A DNA stretch of 63,324 nt, filler included, from Platydemus manokwari (GCA_037951405.1; 6 parts of 6 records of this genome joined end to end with filler, not necessarily neighbours in it); one strand, 5' to 3'; shown: positions 38,950 to 53,309, numbered from the whole stretch's first letter. Made by a program: numbers and translations. Notes: generated from the letters alone by a model not told the origin.

Positions 38950-41900
38950 CTGGACTGGAACATTGGCGTTGTGTATATATATTATAAAAAAATATTTTTG
39001 TTCATGATTTTTTTTAAATGTCTTTATTGGATTGATTTCTTGACTTTTTATTTAAATTGCCACTTCACTCTTTACGTTAACTATGTTTTACTCATCAGGT
39101 GGTGTAAATAATTGGTCAAGTTATCCGATACAATCGACCGGTCACGATTCTGTTGCTGGGGTTCATTAAAATGTCGATGGGTTTCCTAATAGGAATCGAT
39201 TGGATGTGTTATTTTTTAATAAGACATATCGTGACATATTAGAGATATTCTATTATTGTTATTATTGTTGTTATCGGATATTTTTTTTTGAATATCGATT
39301 TTTAAGGGAGTTTCTTTTATGGATTATTAAAGGTATCTCTGATGGTGTGCAACTAATTGTTTTGATGAAGCGGTAATCGAAAGATTCTCTTGATATACAA
39401 TCGACCAACCGAATACGACAACAAACCTTTTAAAAAGATCTAATAATGATAATAATAATAACAATACATATTATTATAATTATTATTATAATTTTATCCC
39501 AAAATTATTATTATAAGCATGGAGCATTGATATTATAATTACGACATAATCCATACTGATGATGATTCTTATTATTATTATAATAAAAAATATAATGGTC
39601 TCACAGGTGAGCAGAATCGTTGATGATAAAAACCGGACGTGCACTGTGTATTGTGCAAAGACAAATATTAAAGCGAGATAAAAGTTTGTCAAACTTCGCT
39701 GTCCATTATTAATGACATAACAAGTGCGAGAATTGTGTTTGGAAAACATTGATGTTCATGTAACAACGATCATCATAAATTGCTGTTACGTAATCGGAAC
39801 GAGAAATATTCAGGTTCCAGTAATAAAAAATCAAAAAAAAATAAAACCCACTGACACCCTTGTAAGTGATGCAACAGGTCATTTGATGTACACGCATAAA
39901 ATAATCGCTCGAGAGGGACTATTAATTGTAAGATTTTTTTTTCTTATTATCCTAGCTTTGCACCTGCTCCATCGGCAAATCGTTAGTGATTGTTTATATA
40001 AAGCTGAGTGTGATTTACATAAATTCTTCTCCGTTTTTATTTACAACACTCGAATTTCGAATAAGTACTTCAATGACGCGCCTCCGGCTTTTGAGAGATG
40101 TCGTGCAAAAACAATATTAAAAATCAACCCAGATGTTTACTCGTTCTCAAAAGTATTTTTCAAATCATTTCTGTTTGCGTTCATTGTATAACACTCTCTC
40201 TCTCTCGCACACAATTCGTTGGGCTATTGTTGATGCTGTCAATAAATATAAGAAAATAATAAATGCGGACCACATGTGCCCGTTGACGCATGAATACCAT
40301 ATGGTTACTCCATACAGCTGGTTAATGACCCAGTTTGATAACCAGCAAAATCATAAATATAAACTCATATAAGATTAAAGATGGCACATTTTTTTAATCG
40401 TTCTTCACCAAATATTACTTATAAATTTAATAAGTAATATTATTTTTATAAAAATTTTATGAATAAAATAACGATCTTCAGTTTAGTTGATTATAAATGA
40501 TAATAAATCACAGCTATTATCTAGAGTGAATCAGGAATAATAACTATTATTTCAAAACCCCTTTTAATCCGATAAGTTTATTTTAAATCTGTCGATAAAA
40601 ATATCTCGATAACAAGTGATCTTGAAAACAATAATTGATTCATTAAAACAATCCTGCTTGGATGGAAAGATGACCTCCATCAATTTACCAGCGATCATAA
40701 AATCCACAATCAACAATGGACCAAAAAAAACTCGAAAACAAATTAATTTCATTAAAAAATAAATCGGAAATCAGATCCAAGTGTGCGATGACCAGATAAA
40801 TAGAACGGGAACGTTTTCATTTATCACATCTCCAATAATTCAATTACAGATGATAAAAAAAATATTCCCATAAATCTGAAATAGAATTATCTTATTAGAG
40901 ATAATTCCAATCACTGTTATTCATCATTGTCCACATCCTTCGACTGTACAATATTATCTCAAAGCAAACATCGATGAGCAGAAGCAAATATGCAACCATA
41001 TTGACCAAATACTGTCTTATCATCGACGTGTCAACGGGTTATTGTTGTTGTGGTTTGAGAAATGATTTCTGTTATGATTCAGTAATATAAATAATTTTTA
41101 CGTAATAATTTTCAGCTACTGATAATTGTAAATAATATATATTGCTATCATTTTAAATTCAATTATTTCGAATGAATGTATAGGCTTGGTAAATATGTGG
41201 AAAAAATACCTACAGAAGCTGAAATTGAAAAGTAAATTATTATGTAATAGTTATTTAAATTCTAATAGATGAAGAATAAATATTTAAATAAAAGAATTAG
41301 TAATAGAAAGGCAAACAAAATATTCTATATTTAGAATCATTTTAAAATTAATATATTAATGATAATATAATAACTATAATTATTGTTTCTATTAAATTTA
41401 ATTTATTATTAATATTTTGGTCTACTTATTCGATCATTTACAGACTCAGCATGAAAGTCTATCGTTAGACCGGAATCGAGGTCCTTTCTATTTGTCGATA
41501 TCAGGTATTACTTTAAATATAGCAAACAGTCTATCAGTGGGCATAAATGCTTTGCCCTACTTCTCTTATCATTAACAATGATTGTTTTGGGTTCTAAAAA
41601 CGGATATTCTGATAGCATGGTAATATTATTATAAATATATATTATTATTAATTTAATAATTATCAATAAAATAATAATAATAATAATTATTATTATAATT
41701 ATTAACACTCCAAGATCAAAATTTATTATGCGATCGAAAGCGGCAAGAGCTTTAGTTCATTCGATTCTTCATCCGATTTTCTAATTAGACATTGAATGTT
41801 TTCCTACCGATTTAAAATAATTAAAATGTGTTCCGACATCAATATTTATATCGAATGTTTCCCATTGACATTTCGATGTACATTTTTTATTGGATTTCAT

Positions 41901-42269
41901 CGGTAGAGAAATATTAATAATAAATAATGTGAACGGCATTCCGTCAGTGAAACAAATTAATAACAGATAAGGTCAAGTGACCTGCAAAACAGAAACATGT
42001 CCCTTGGACAAGAAATGTGAATCTTGGGATCGGTGTTGATATTAATTATTTGATTGACCATCAATATTAATGACGAAAATGTCCCTGATTAAGGATTTTG
42101 GATTTATAAATATAGTGATATCCATTGATTCCCAACATTGGGATTGCACTGTAAATGGGATTAGTTTTAAATACATATCATGGAGGTACTGTACCTTGAA
42201 TAAAATTAGATAGGTGATTTGTTAAGTTCATGTTTATTGTATTCGCTATTGACGTTATTGTAATTCATT

Positions 42270-42475
42270 NNNNNNNNNNNNNNNNNNNNNNNNNNNNNNN
42301 NNNNNNNNNNNNNNNNNNNNNNNNNNNNNNNNNNNNNNNNNNNNNNNNNNNNNNNNNNNNNNNNNNNNNNNNNNNNNNNNNNNNNNNNNNNNNNNNNNNN
42401 NNNNNNNNNNNNNNNNNNNNNNNNNNNNNNNNNNNNNNNNNNNNNNNNNNNNNNNNNNNNNNNNNNNNNNNNNNN
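42270..42475. other. scaffold gap (206 N, no spacer motif)
   Basis: Plain N run, distinct from the 100-bp spacers. Confidence 0.95.
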
Positions 42476-42831
42476 TCCATAAACAACAAAGTTCATTTAG
42501 ATTTTTCTAAATCAAATGTATTTCGTCAACCAAGACATGAGATGAAGAATAAAATAAAAGCTGATTTATGCCTTTCATCTAGTGGCAGTTTACAGAAATA
42601 TCGTTGACACAACTAGCTTGAGGGTATTACGATGATATCAATGGACTAAATTGACTTATTTTGGTTTGTATTTTGTCGACACTACCTTCTATATTTTACC
42701 AATCTATATTCAACTCGCCATTAGAATAGGATTGCTACATACAGGATTGGAACGAAAGTCTTGTCCGATAGAAAATTATATTGATTTAACCAATACAGAA
42801 AATATATAAATTGAGAAATATAAACAAAACA

Positions 42832-43119
42832 TCATTGGCCTGTAAATCTGAAATGTTGAAAATTGTCACCCTTAAGATCCACACATTTTTTCCAGCGTTC
42901 CGAAAGTTGTTTTATGCCGAACCACTTTTCCAAAGCATCGTTAACCTCTTCAACAGTGAGTGATACATTTTCCCACGAAGAGTTATTGATAAAAGAAAAC
43001 AGGTAATAGTCCGAAGGGGCAAGGTCTGGGGAGTATGGTGGATGCGGTATTTGCGAAAAACCCATCTTAGCAAGCTTATTTTGAGTTAAACGTCCCGTCT
43101 GCGGTTCCATTTCCTTCAC
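42832..43119 (-). mobile_element. mariner transposase C-terminal remnant
   Basis: Signature IPHPPYSPDLAPSDYYLF and C-terminal GIKQLSERWKKCVDLKGDNF. The 5' part is missing. Confidence 0.93.
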
Positions 43120-44458
43120 GATAACGGCTTAAATAAAACCTTTTTTTCCATTAAAGTAAATTAATAAAATAAATTATAATTATAGCTATTAATATTTGAT
43201 GATATAATAATTTATAACCTTTCGCATTAAAGTACTTTTTAACCTATTCAATGGGAATGGAATAACCATAGGAAGTTATAAAAAATCATGAATGTTGGTG
43301 AACAAAACTAGATTATATCAGAAACTCTAAATTGTTCATTGAAAAATAGTATATATAACAGAACAATTCATTTTGGAACTCACAATACAGGTTATTAAAA
43401 TAGTCTTTTAGTTTCGAGAAATAGCGAATAGACTTTAAGCAATTATCGTGGAATTTCAAGACGTGACGTTTGAGTACTATTGATTGAAAGCGTTATTCTA
43501 ATGATGTAGTTCTTTCTACGATGGCGATTTTTTGTGTCAATGTTCAAGATTTATCGATGGAGGCAGTAGATTGAGAATTCTATTCCGTACTTGATTATCG
43601 GAACATTTTATTTATTCTTGATTTCTGTTTCAACCCAGCTGATTGATGTTGAGCGAAAAAATAATCGGTTAACAATATATTCGTTATGTCCATGTTGGCC
43701 TAGAATATCATTTCGGAATTCAACTGTAGGCAAAAGTATCGATCTATCGATCATTCAATACTTAAAATCAATAAAAAAACCCCGTGATATTTGATAAGTG
43801 TGTTTGATAAAAGCTTTCAATACAATTGGTTCTTCCAAGGATCGCATTCGAAAAGCTGAGATTTCTATGGGGAAAAATATACAAATCCCGAAACTAATCA
43901 AATGACGATTTTTTATTACAAAAATAATAATAAAAAAAAGAATTTCTTTAAAAAATATTTAACATAATCTTTATCATTTTAAATCCATGTGTTTCATTTG
44001 AAGACCTTTCCATGAGTTATTCATATTGATTAAAATTGAATTTCAGTATTGATTTTTTTTCAAAACGCTCAGGTCCACCAGACTTTGTCCGGAAAAAAAT
44101 CATATTCTCAATGGTTTTAGACAACTTCTTAGATAAATTAAAAAAAAATATCGTCGGAAATACTCGGCAATTATCGAGGTGAACTAAAACTCCATATGCT
44201 GGGCTTTTCATTTTATGATTAAATCGAGGTGCTCTGTGAAAATTGTGAAGGACAGAATTAATCTGAATTATAAAACGTATTTTAAATTAAAAAAAAAATA
44301 ACTCGCAATTAATAATTAACCAGAGGATGAGGAACTAATTTGTTTAAATTATGGATTTATTAAGGAAAATCAATAATTATCAAGCTGAAATGAATGAAAA
44401 AAGAAAAATGTGTTTTCAACCTAAAAGCAATACTAATAATTAATAAGTTACAAACAAT

Positions 44459-44558
44459 NNNNNNNNNNNNNNNNNNNNNNNNNNNNNNNNNNNNNNNNNN
44501 NNTTAATTAATTAANNNNNNNNNNNNNNNNNNNNNNNNNNNNNNNNNNNNNNNNNNNN
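44459..44558. other. artificial contig spacer N44-TTAATTAATTAA-N44
   Basis: Same 100-bp spacer. Confidence 0.95.
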
Positions 44559-45458
44559 TATCCTTGGCAACAATTCAGCCCAATTTTTCTCTTGGCTGTT
44601 ACCCTTTAAAGTAGCTGTTATCATATCTCGTACCGAATCATATCTCGAATTTGCAGATGGGTATAAACTATGAATAATTTTATATTTATTGTATCTTACT
44701 TTATCTTACTATGGAATTTGTGTTCTTCCAGTATGAATACTGGGCATATACAAAACTATCGAATCTTCTTCCCCGGATCGTAAAACTGATGCGATGTATT
44801 ACCGCACTTTGAAATAAATAACTATGCGTCGATTCTGTCAATGAGTTGCTGTCCTACTGTTGTTATTGTGCTATCGTGTCGTTTATTAATTGCAGCCACT
44901 GCCTTATATAGGCAGCAATGACATCATCGCGGATATTTTTTGCGAATATTTATTTATTATCGTGCATATATGTTTAATGTACAGTAATTTTTCAAGGCAG
45001 TGAGAAACTCTATGGCATTAATTTTATCAAGTCAGAGAGAAATTCTCTGTGATTATTTTATTCCATGACTATTAACTTTAATGCATGGTATTTATTTAAT
45101 GTGTAGCTATTTATTGAATGCATGCTATTTATTTAATGCCTAGCTATTTAATTTATTTTAGGTGTATATTTTATCTGCAATGCGCGATAATGGATGTTAG
45201 ATATTTACTGCGCGATAACGCATCACGGGTTATTTATTATTATTTTATAGATATTTTTTATTATTATTATTTCGTGGGATATTTTAAACGGGTAATGCAA
45301 TATTATTTTGGGTCTAAAATATATTGTATTTTATTTATATCAACCGCAAAGCTTTTCCAGAGTTATAATCCAAAAATTTTTCATACAAATAAATATTATT
45401 TTCATGCAGTAAACTTTTATACATTGGGGTGGTTTTAATACACTAAATCATGCTAACA
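44559..45458 (-). mobile_element. LTR-like dispersed repeat (~0.9 kb), copy A
   Basis: Begins TGTTAG at 45458 on the minus strand and contains ctgcctatataag (TATA). It is colinear with 59200-59750 (shared cgtgcatatatgtt, cagagagaa.ttctctg, attatcgc.ca.tgc, tgcatgaa). It runs into the contig end. Confidence 0.6.
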
Positions 45459-45464
45459 ACGGAG

Positions 45465-46608
45465 TCAATTTTTCAAAACCCCAACAGAAATATAAATTCT
45501 AAACATTTTATTAATTTCACTAATTTCATTTTGGAAATACTTTTTAACATCAGTTGCACATCGTTCAAGATATTTCCTAATAAGTGCATCAAATTCATTT
45601 TCAGGATCTCGTAAATTTCTTGTATTATAATAATTTAATCCTAAATTTCCTTTAACATAATTTCCATTATTATTATTGTATCTAACATAAATTCGATTTT
45701 TAGCATTCATCATTTCTTGAGCACCACTCATATTATTAATGAACTATTCTCAAATTCGAGCAATAGATATTTTTTAAACCGAAATTTATTTTATTTTTCA
45801 TATTTCCAATTATATAATCAAATTTCAATCCAATGTCTAAAAAATGTAAATCATACATGGATAATTGACTACATAATTCTCCGTAAGATTGTATTTGAAT
45901 TTAATTATAAATTTCTTTATTTGATAAAATTCCATAAGAATCAAAATATGTATTGAGAGTTACTTATCGATACTTGATCCTTTGTTTTTTAAATTTATAA
46001 TACATTTTTTATTGGTTGTAACTAATTCATCTATCATAATAATTTTCACGTTTAATTTTAAATCATCCGCTGTATCTTTTAAATCAAAATTAGGCACATT
46101 ACGTACATTTTTTAATAAAAGAAAATCGAAGGAACTTTGTCCAAACTTGTTTAAGAAAGCACATTTGATATTTCTTCATCATTAAAATTTATTTATTTAT
46201 TATTTTGTTCTGTAATCGTATAATGAAATATCAGAAATACATTTACTAAATATTGGAAAAAAATACTTGATCTGCTTCTTTAATATATAAATAACCAAGG
46301 AGAACACTATTATCTGAAAAATTATAAATAATATTTGTTCCTTTATCAGATGCACATATTTTTGAATATCCAACATTTATTTATTTGTCATTTTATGATA
46401 ATTGAATTCCAGAGAAATATACTTTATTATATTCGATTGCTAAAACAAATACTAAAGTAATAAATCCCATATTTCATTTTGTTGCAAAATTGCATATTAA
46501 TCCTGCTTTATCAAGTTCTATTCTTTCATCGCATATAGGGTTTTTATTATTATTTACTTGGATAACATCATTAATTTTATAAAATTCAACACTTTTGTAT
46601 ACTTTCAT
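45465..46608 (-). pseudogene. decayed cluster of tightly packed intronless ORFs (virus/Polinton-like organisation, unassigned)
   Basis: Head-to-tail minus-strand frames: MKVYKSVEFYKINDVIQ...LGYLYIKEADQVF, then FLNKFGQSSFDFLLLKNVRNVPNFDLKDTADD...DIGLKFDYIIGNMKK, then MSGAQEMMNAKNRIYVRY.... Scattered stops and frameshifts, very short spacers. Confidence 0.35.
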
Positions 46609-47867
46609 TCATATCAGTAATTTTATAACATTTATAATTTTGTTTATTATCATTTATTTTATCAATTTATTAGTTATTTATTTTTTCTCCACTATAGTTA
46701 AATATTTTTGGTTTACCATGTTTATTATTTATTTTCAAATTTTTTTATTAATATAAATTGTTAACATTATTGTCCAGGTTTTAAAAAATTAAATATTACA
46801 TAAATTTAGGCTCTCCTTTAATTAATATTTCAACATATTTTTTTCTAATATACAATAATAAAGGCTGCATTTTAAAAAGAAATGCTATATAAAGTTGGAA
46901 GTAAATTTTCAAAATGATCTCAGAGTATCGGAATAAATCTTTCTCCTCTGTAGTCTCACGAAAGTCACATTAAAAATACAAATTATAAATACCTATCATT
47001 TTTATTGCCATAAAAACGAGAAAGGAAATAAAATATACTTGTTCACATTTTACCAAATTAGTTTACAAATAAACATTTATGAATTTAATAATTTTTAAGT
47101 AAAATGGAAGTAATGGCGCTTCTCGTTTTAATTTAATAGTCATACTTTTTTGATATTTCTGAATGATTAACTTTTAGCGTCCATATTTTTATGCGCAATA
47201 TGATAATAACTTTAAATAAACAATATTTACTTAGGTGAATACCTAGTGACGATAATTTAATATCAATATCAGTGTAATGATAACAAATAGTACACCAAAT
47301 AATAATTTTATACGTCAAATCACTTAAAAATTTTGTTACTCGTTTTAACATATACCTATGAATATGAAATATACGTACAACAGTAGGGAAATATAACACA
47401 CAAATCAATTGAAACAGGATTTAAAGAAGTTATCATTCAACAAATTCAGATTTATGGTTGATATTTTAAAAATATTATTTGATTATCATTCAATGTATTA
47501 TATTTAACATAATATATCGATTTATTTGTGTTCAGAATTTTATCACTTTAATACCAAATATTCTAAAATCGCATTTCAAAATGTTCAACATTGGTCGATT
47601 CATTAACAATATCAACACTGATCATTAAATAAATATACTTTATTCGTAGTAAACACGTAAAATAATGAATATTAAAATATAAAGTGCTTAAAATATATTT
47701 ACGAAAGCCTTACGAAAAATTACGTGGTACAGATTTCCTGTTTCGAAAAAGAAAATAAATTAAAAGCAATGTTGTAGCGGTTGTATATTTCGATTTAATT
47801 GTTACAGAAAAGAGAACTCTAGATGCTAGTTAGTTATAAAGTACATCTAATCCAAAGAAAAAATATT

Positions 47868-50800
47868 CTATGATCTTGTCGAAATAGCTTGTCTCATGTA
47901 TTGACTTATTTCCATCAGATGTATGAATTTGTTTCCAGCAGCTGCTGCAGCACTTGGTGGTCGGCCGACATAACTAAAAATATTTTTAAAAAATGAATAT
48001 TATTGATTTCTTACACCCAATGAATGATGGTCTGTTGGGGATATAAAGACAAATAAAATTATTCAGTTGATATTAAAATATAAATAAAATAAAATAATCG
48101 ATGGATATACAATTTATAAAAAATAAATTTATCTAAAAATTACAAATCTCCCTAAATAATAGCCCTGTAACGATATGTAAATACAAGTACAATCGAGTTT
48201 CATTGGGTTGACATGCTGCTATGTATGGAGTGATACAGCGTGTACATCTGGAAATATAAAAGCAAAACGAATTTAACAAATTTCATTTCTGATTATCGGT
48301 CATGAATATTCACACACCAGTTTGTCAGTCTCCAACTGAGTGATGATGTGCGTCAAGTTCAACACATTATATTGGCAACGACATTTTTCAAGGAAGACGT
48401 GTGTACTAAATTTCTAAATGTTGCACAATAATTATTGATATGTTCAAGAAACTGATCTTTTCGACATTAGATAATTTCCAAAATAGGATTCTGGAAGAGA
48501 GCTTAAAAAACCTTTCCACTATAATCGACTCGAATTACAGGTTATTAATTAATAAGGAAAAATTATAATAAAAATCACGGCAAATATTTACCTAATTTTT
48601 GGCTTTCTCCGATTTGGCAGTTTCACTTTGATCAGATTATTAATCCGTGGTTCCACATAAAACCAAGCTCCCATGTTTTTGTGCTCTTCTTGCACCCATT
48701 GAACAGCTGCATCACTGTATTTGTTAAGTTCATCAAAGATTAAATCGTAAGGAAATGGAGAAATTTGTTCAACTCTTGCGATAGCAATCCTATCCTGAAG
48801 CGCACGTCGCTCACGCTCTTTTATTAATTCATAATAAACCTTTGGTAATAATTTAGCGGATATATTTCAACATTAATTTTAAAATCAATACTTTTCCTGA
48901 GCACAGAATTAATTTCTCGATTTTGTCCGGATTTTCCGTTGCTATTCCAGTCTCGGGAATCAATCTTTTAAATTTCGTATTTCCTATCATGTCATCAAAA
49001 GATGATTTCGCTTCTGGAAGACGAAGCAAAGATTTCGGAGTCATTGCAATCAACTATATGAATTTAAAAGAAAAAACATAAATAGGCTGACAACAGGAGT
49101 ATTAATAACGTACTGGTTTCCTAAATGACAATAAAACTTGTCTTCTAAGAACATGGAACATATTTGCTGGTGTTGTACAATTCACCACAAACCAATTTAT
49201 ATCGTGCAATTGCTGTGCTTCAAAATGCTCACCGAATGGCTGTAAATATCAATATTCCATATCAATATCATCACGATATTCCAAGTTATTTCGAAACTTT
49301 AATATAATTAAGATATCTGTGTAATGAAATGAGAAATTTTATATTTGACATAAAAACTAGTTTAGACATTATTTAATTGATAAATCTTATTCAAATCAAT
49401 ATTGGGGAAATTTATATGTATAATAAGGACATCATGTTTGTGTCACAATTTTGTTTTATTATCCTAATGGATACACATTATTGCATATAATAGGGAAATA
49501 CTGGTGTACAATTTAAAATGTAATTACAATAGTCACAGTAGTAAGTAGTATGAAATTAAGTAGAGTGACCTTGGATTTGAATCCATCAACCAATTATGAC
49601 TCGACTTTTATTGAATGTTCGAGTCGAAATGTTAATTGCTTGTAGAATTAATTTAATTTTCCTACTTTTTTTTATAAACTAAATAAGGAAAGCTTTCATG
49701 ATCAATTTCAAGAATTAATATGCATTGTAGGAAATGAATGGTTTACAAATAATTCCTAATTGTTCCCATATATTAAATTTGAAAATATGTTTTCACAAAC
49801 CTTTAAACATTTTGAATGAAATAAATTCCAAAAAATCAAAAAAATGAGATTTTATTGGCCAATTGATATCCACAAAACATTAACAACTTTCACTATAAAT
49901 GATCTGAATATTTTTCCATGAACATATTCATGTGAATATTTGCCCTACTTATTTGAAAATCTTTAAAATTTCAATTTCGATAATTGATTATTTTTGCCTG
50001 AACAAAGGGATTATTGATTATTTTTCAAAAGGTTTAGTTTGATTTTATATTGCTTTGTATTATAAGCGATTTGAATCTGGTATCTGTCAAAATGTTTAAT
50101 GGTGCAATTTATATTAATAAAAATAAATAAATGCTGTTAATCTAAGTTGGTATAATGAAGCACAAAACATCAAAATGAATAAATAAATAAAGGAGAAAAT
50201 TATTTTTATAACAAATAATAATTATTTAATTGGAATGAATTGTTATTATTTTCATTATCATATAATTATCAATTAATTTAATTAGTTTAATAATTAAATA
50301 ATTATTAAATAATGAATGAAAAAATCAAATGAGCCAATCAATTCAATACCGGTATATAATCTTGATCATCATTGGACATTTGGAGAAATCGTTCCAAACG
50401 AGCACTTGAATGTTCTGGTCCCATTCCCTCATAACCATGAGGAAGTAACATGACCAATCCAGATTGTCTGACCCATTTCGATTGTCCAGACGATATGAAT
50501 TGATCAATGATACACTGAGCAGTGTTGTTGAAATCACCAAATTGTGCCTCCCAACAAACCAAAGCATTGGGATCGGTTTGTGAAAAACCCAATTCAAATC
50601 CCAACACAGCATATTCGCTCAGAGAAGAATTGTTGACACAGAATTCAGCTTGTCCCGGATACAATTTGTTAAGGGCTACATAGACTGACAAATCCTTATC
50701 CTAAACATCAATCCGACAGACACATTCAAATCGATTACTAAATTATTAATCAACTTGATCATGTAACACGGTATGTCGGTGAGAAAATGTTCCCCGTTCG

Positions 50801-51849
50801 ACATCTTGACCACTGAGTCGAACATGAACCCCATTTTTCAATAAACTACCCCAAGCAAAAGCTTCACCAAGAGCCCAATTTGCCATTCTTTCCGAAACAA
50901 ACTGTTCACGCTCTTTAAGAGCTCTTTTCAAACCCGAATGAATAACGAAATCTTTAGGAACAGATGACACACATTTACCTGAAAGTAATTATTTATCAAA
51001 AAGATATTCAAAACCATAAACCAAATTTTGATAAATACCGATATGCTGTAACACAGATTCTTCAACTCCTGTGTCGGGGATTTTCATTGGATCCTTGTTA
51101 TCGAAAAATCCATCCCAAGGAGAATCGAGCCATTCACGATTGCGAATAGCAGTTTCTTTCTTGGCGAGCATATATGCATCTTCACATACCTTGTCATATT
51201 TAGAAATCTCATCCTAGTTATTAAAATTGCCATCACCAATAAAGCTGTTAAGGACAAATAGAAACTTGATATTGTTGAAGAGATACAACATTTTCAGTAA
51301 TCAATTTCTCTTTGTATTGTTCGAGGACAGTTGGTTGATTGCGGATCTTTTTGTACATCAACGGTTGTGTAAACATAGGCTCATCCATTTCGTTATGACC
51401 GAACCTCCGATAACATACAAGATCAATCACAACATCTTTTCCAAATTCATTTCGCCATTCAGCAGCCACCTAGACTCGTCATCGGTTTACATAATAATAA
51501 TAAATTGTATTATTTTGATCTACTTTCGAAACGTAAACGACAGCTTCAGGATCATCAGCATTAACGTGAAAGATCGGTGCATTTGTAACTCTAGCCACGT
51601 CCGTACAGTATGGAGAAGATCGAGCGACTCTAGGATCGGTAGTGAAACCAATCTATAATCAATTCTATTATTGAAATAGAATGGATTCGAAATATAACCT
51701 GATTATTTACAACAATGTGTATTGTTCCTCTGGTTGAGTATGAAGGTAAGTCACTTAAATGAAATGTTTCAAACACCACCCCTTGACCACAGAATGCAGC
51801 ATCACCATGTAACATTAGACTCATTACTTTTTTCCCTTTATTATCTTTG
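47868..51849 (-). CDS. OGDH: 2-oxoglutarate dehydrogenase E1, 3' part; exons 51849-51699, 51652-51524, 51469-51266, 51213-51039, 50978-50755, 50700-50350, 49239-49114, 49053-48892, 48839-48592, 47973-47868
   Basis: ThDP motif [16 protein letters not shown]...IVVNNQIGFTTDP, plus [70 protein letters not shown] and YVGRPPSAA. All junctions are GT-AG and frame-consistent. 5' exons were not found in the window. Confidence 0.97.
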
Positions 51850-53309
51850 CTGAATTTTTAATATTTAATAAAAATAATTTTCAAATTAATGCTACAAATT
51901 ATATTATATTTTGTTTCTAAATTTCAGGATACAAAGTATTAGCTTGTAATGTTTCAATCGATGTCATTGCTACTAATATCTGTTTAACTCCAATAATCCA
52001 ATATAAGAGCGATTCGATTAAACTTTACTGTTTCTTTTCTGTTACAATAATTCTATTTGAGATTATATTGTTTTTGAAAGATTAATTGCGGTATTTAAAT
52101 AAGGTTTACAATCAACTTATATCAGTAGAACTTAATGGGTTTTACAGTTTACTTTGCTAAATATTCACGATCATATGGAATCACCGAACTAATAAGAAAA
52201 TGTTACTAACAAAAATGCATTATAATTTAACCTTAATACAAATAATAATTTCATCATCTAACCAAAATAAATATACAAACCAAAGCTAAAAATATAATTG
52301 TCTCAAATTGATTATTGTAATTATTAAGAAATAATATTGAATTTCACTAAAAAATAAACCAAATAAATAATGTTTTATTTTTGGATTCTAAAATCACATT
52401 AATCAATATCTAACACCGATATTTATAATCAATTGGTTACAACTCAAACTACTTTGATTGCAATGTTATATAATTAGAAAATTTTTAAAAAACAAATACA
52501 TTATTTTTCATAATTTTATATCATCCAATGATAATTAATTAATAGCTGGCAATATTGGTTACAAATCAAACTTCATCAGAGATGTGAGATTCAACAATAT
52601 GTGTGTGCGTGTTTTACACATCAATAAATCTACTGAAGCTGTCAATTTTAACTGAAAACACCAAAACGTTATACTGTACTTGTAGAAATTTTAAAAAATT
52701 CATTTTCATTACAATAACAACTAGATGTATTTGTCTTTAAATATGAAAAACTCCAGATCTAATCAGAGTAAAATATGTTCAGAAAAAACGATTTTACTAT
52801 AAAACTTGAACTTAATTTTGTACAACTCTACACGAAATTTTCTTAAATGATCACACAAGTTTTTAATATAAACATATAGTTACATTATAAAATATGAATT
52901 TCATAATTTTCAAAGTACTTTACTATCACTTAATACATAAATAAAGTGAAATTTTTTTTTTGAAAAATCTGATGTGAATTTTTCCGATGTGTTTTGTTAT
53001 TGACATTGGATATAAATGCTCAACTTACGGATATTCATTAAAACTTACCCATTCAATCATACTATATAAATCGGTATTTATTAATTTTTCATTCAGTATT
53101 TCTATTTTATAAAAGTAAGATATGTGCCAAATATTACGGTGTTCTTTTAAATAAGTAATAATTTAAATTTCAAGTATTCAAATAACTTTGTTCAACCTTT
53201 TCGATTAAACAAAATGGATTATTTCTCAAATAACATAATTTTAAGTAGAGAAACCTTGAGAATCAATCTGATAAAAAATCCAAAATTTTATACAGTTAGT
53301 CGATAGTTA

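Noticed and set aside
41508-41708. Ile-rich hydrophobic ORF
   Set aside because: Translation of ATT/AAT simple repeats.
42206-42607. ORFs spanning N runs (also 23349..23603)
   Set aside because: Artefacts of translating Ns.
48130-48247. Possible alternative terminal exon of OGDH after a tttccAG acceptor ([14 protein letters not shown]...)
   Set aside because: It has no similarity to the conserved OGDH C-terminus and would remove the YVGR...GNK motif. Nothing supports it beyond the acceptor.
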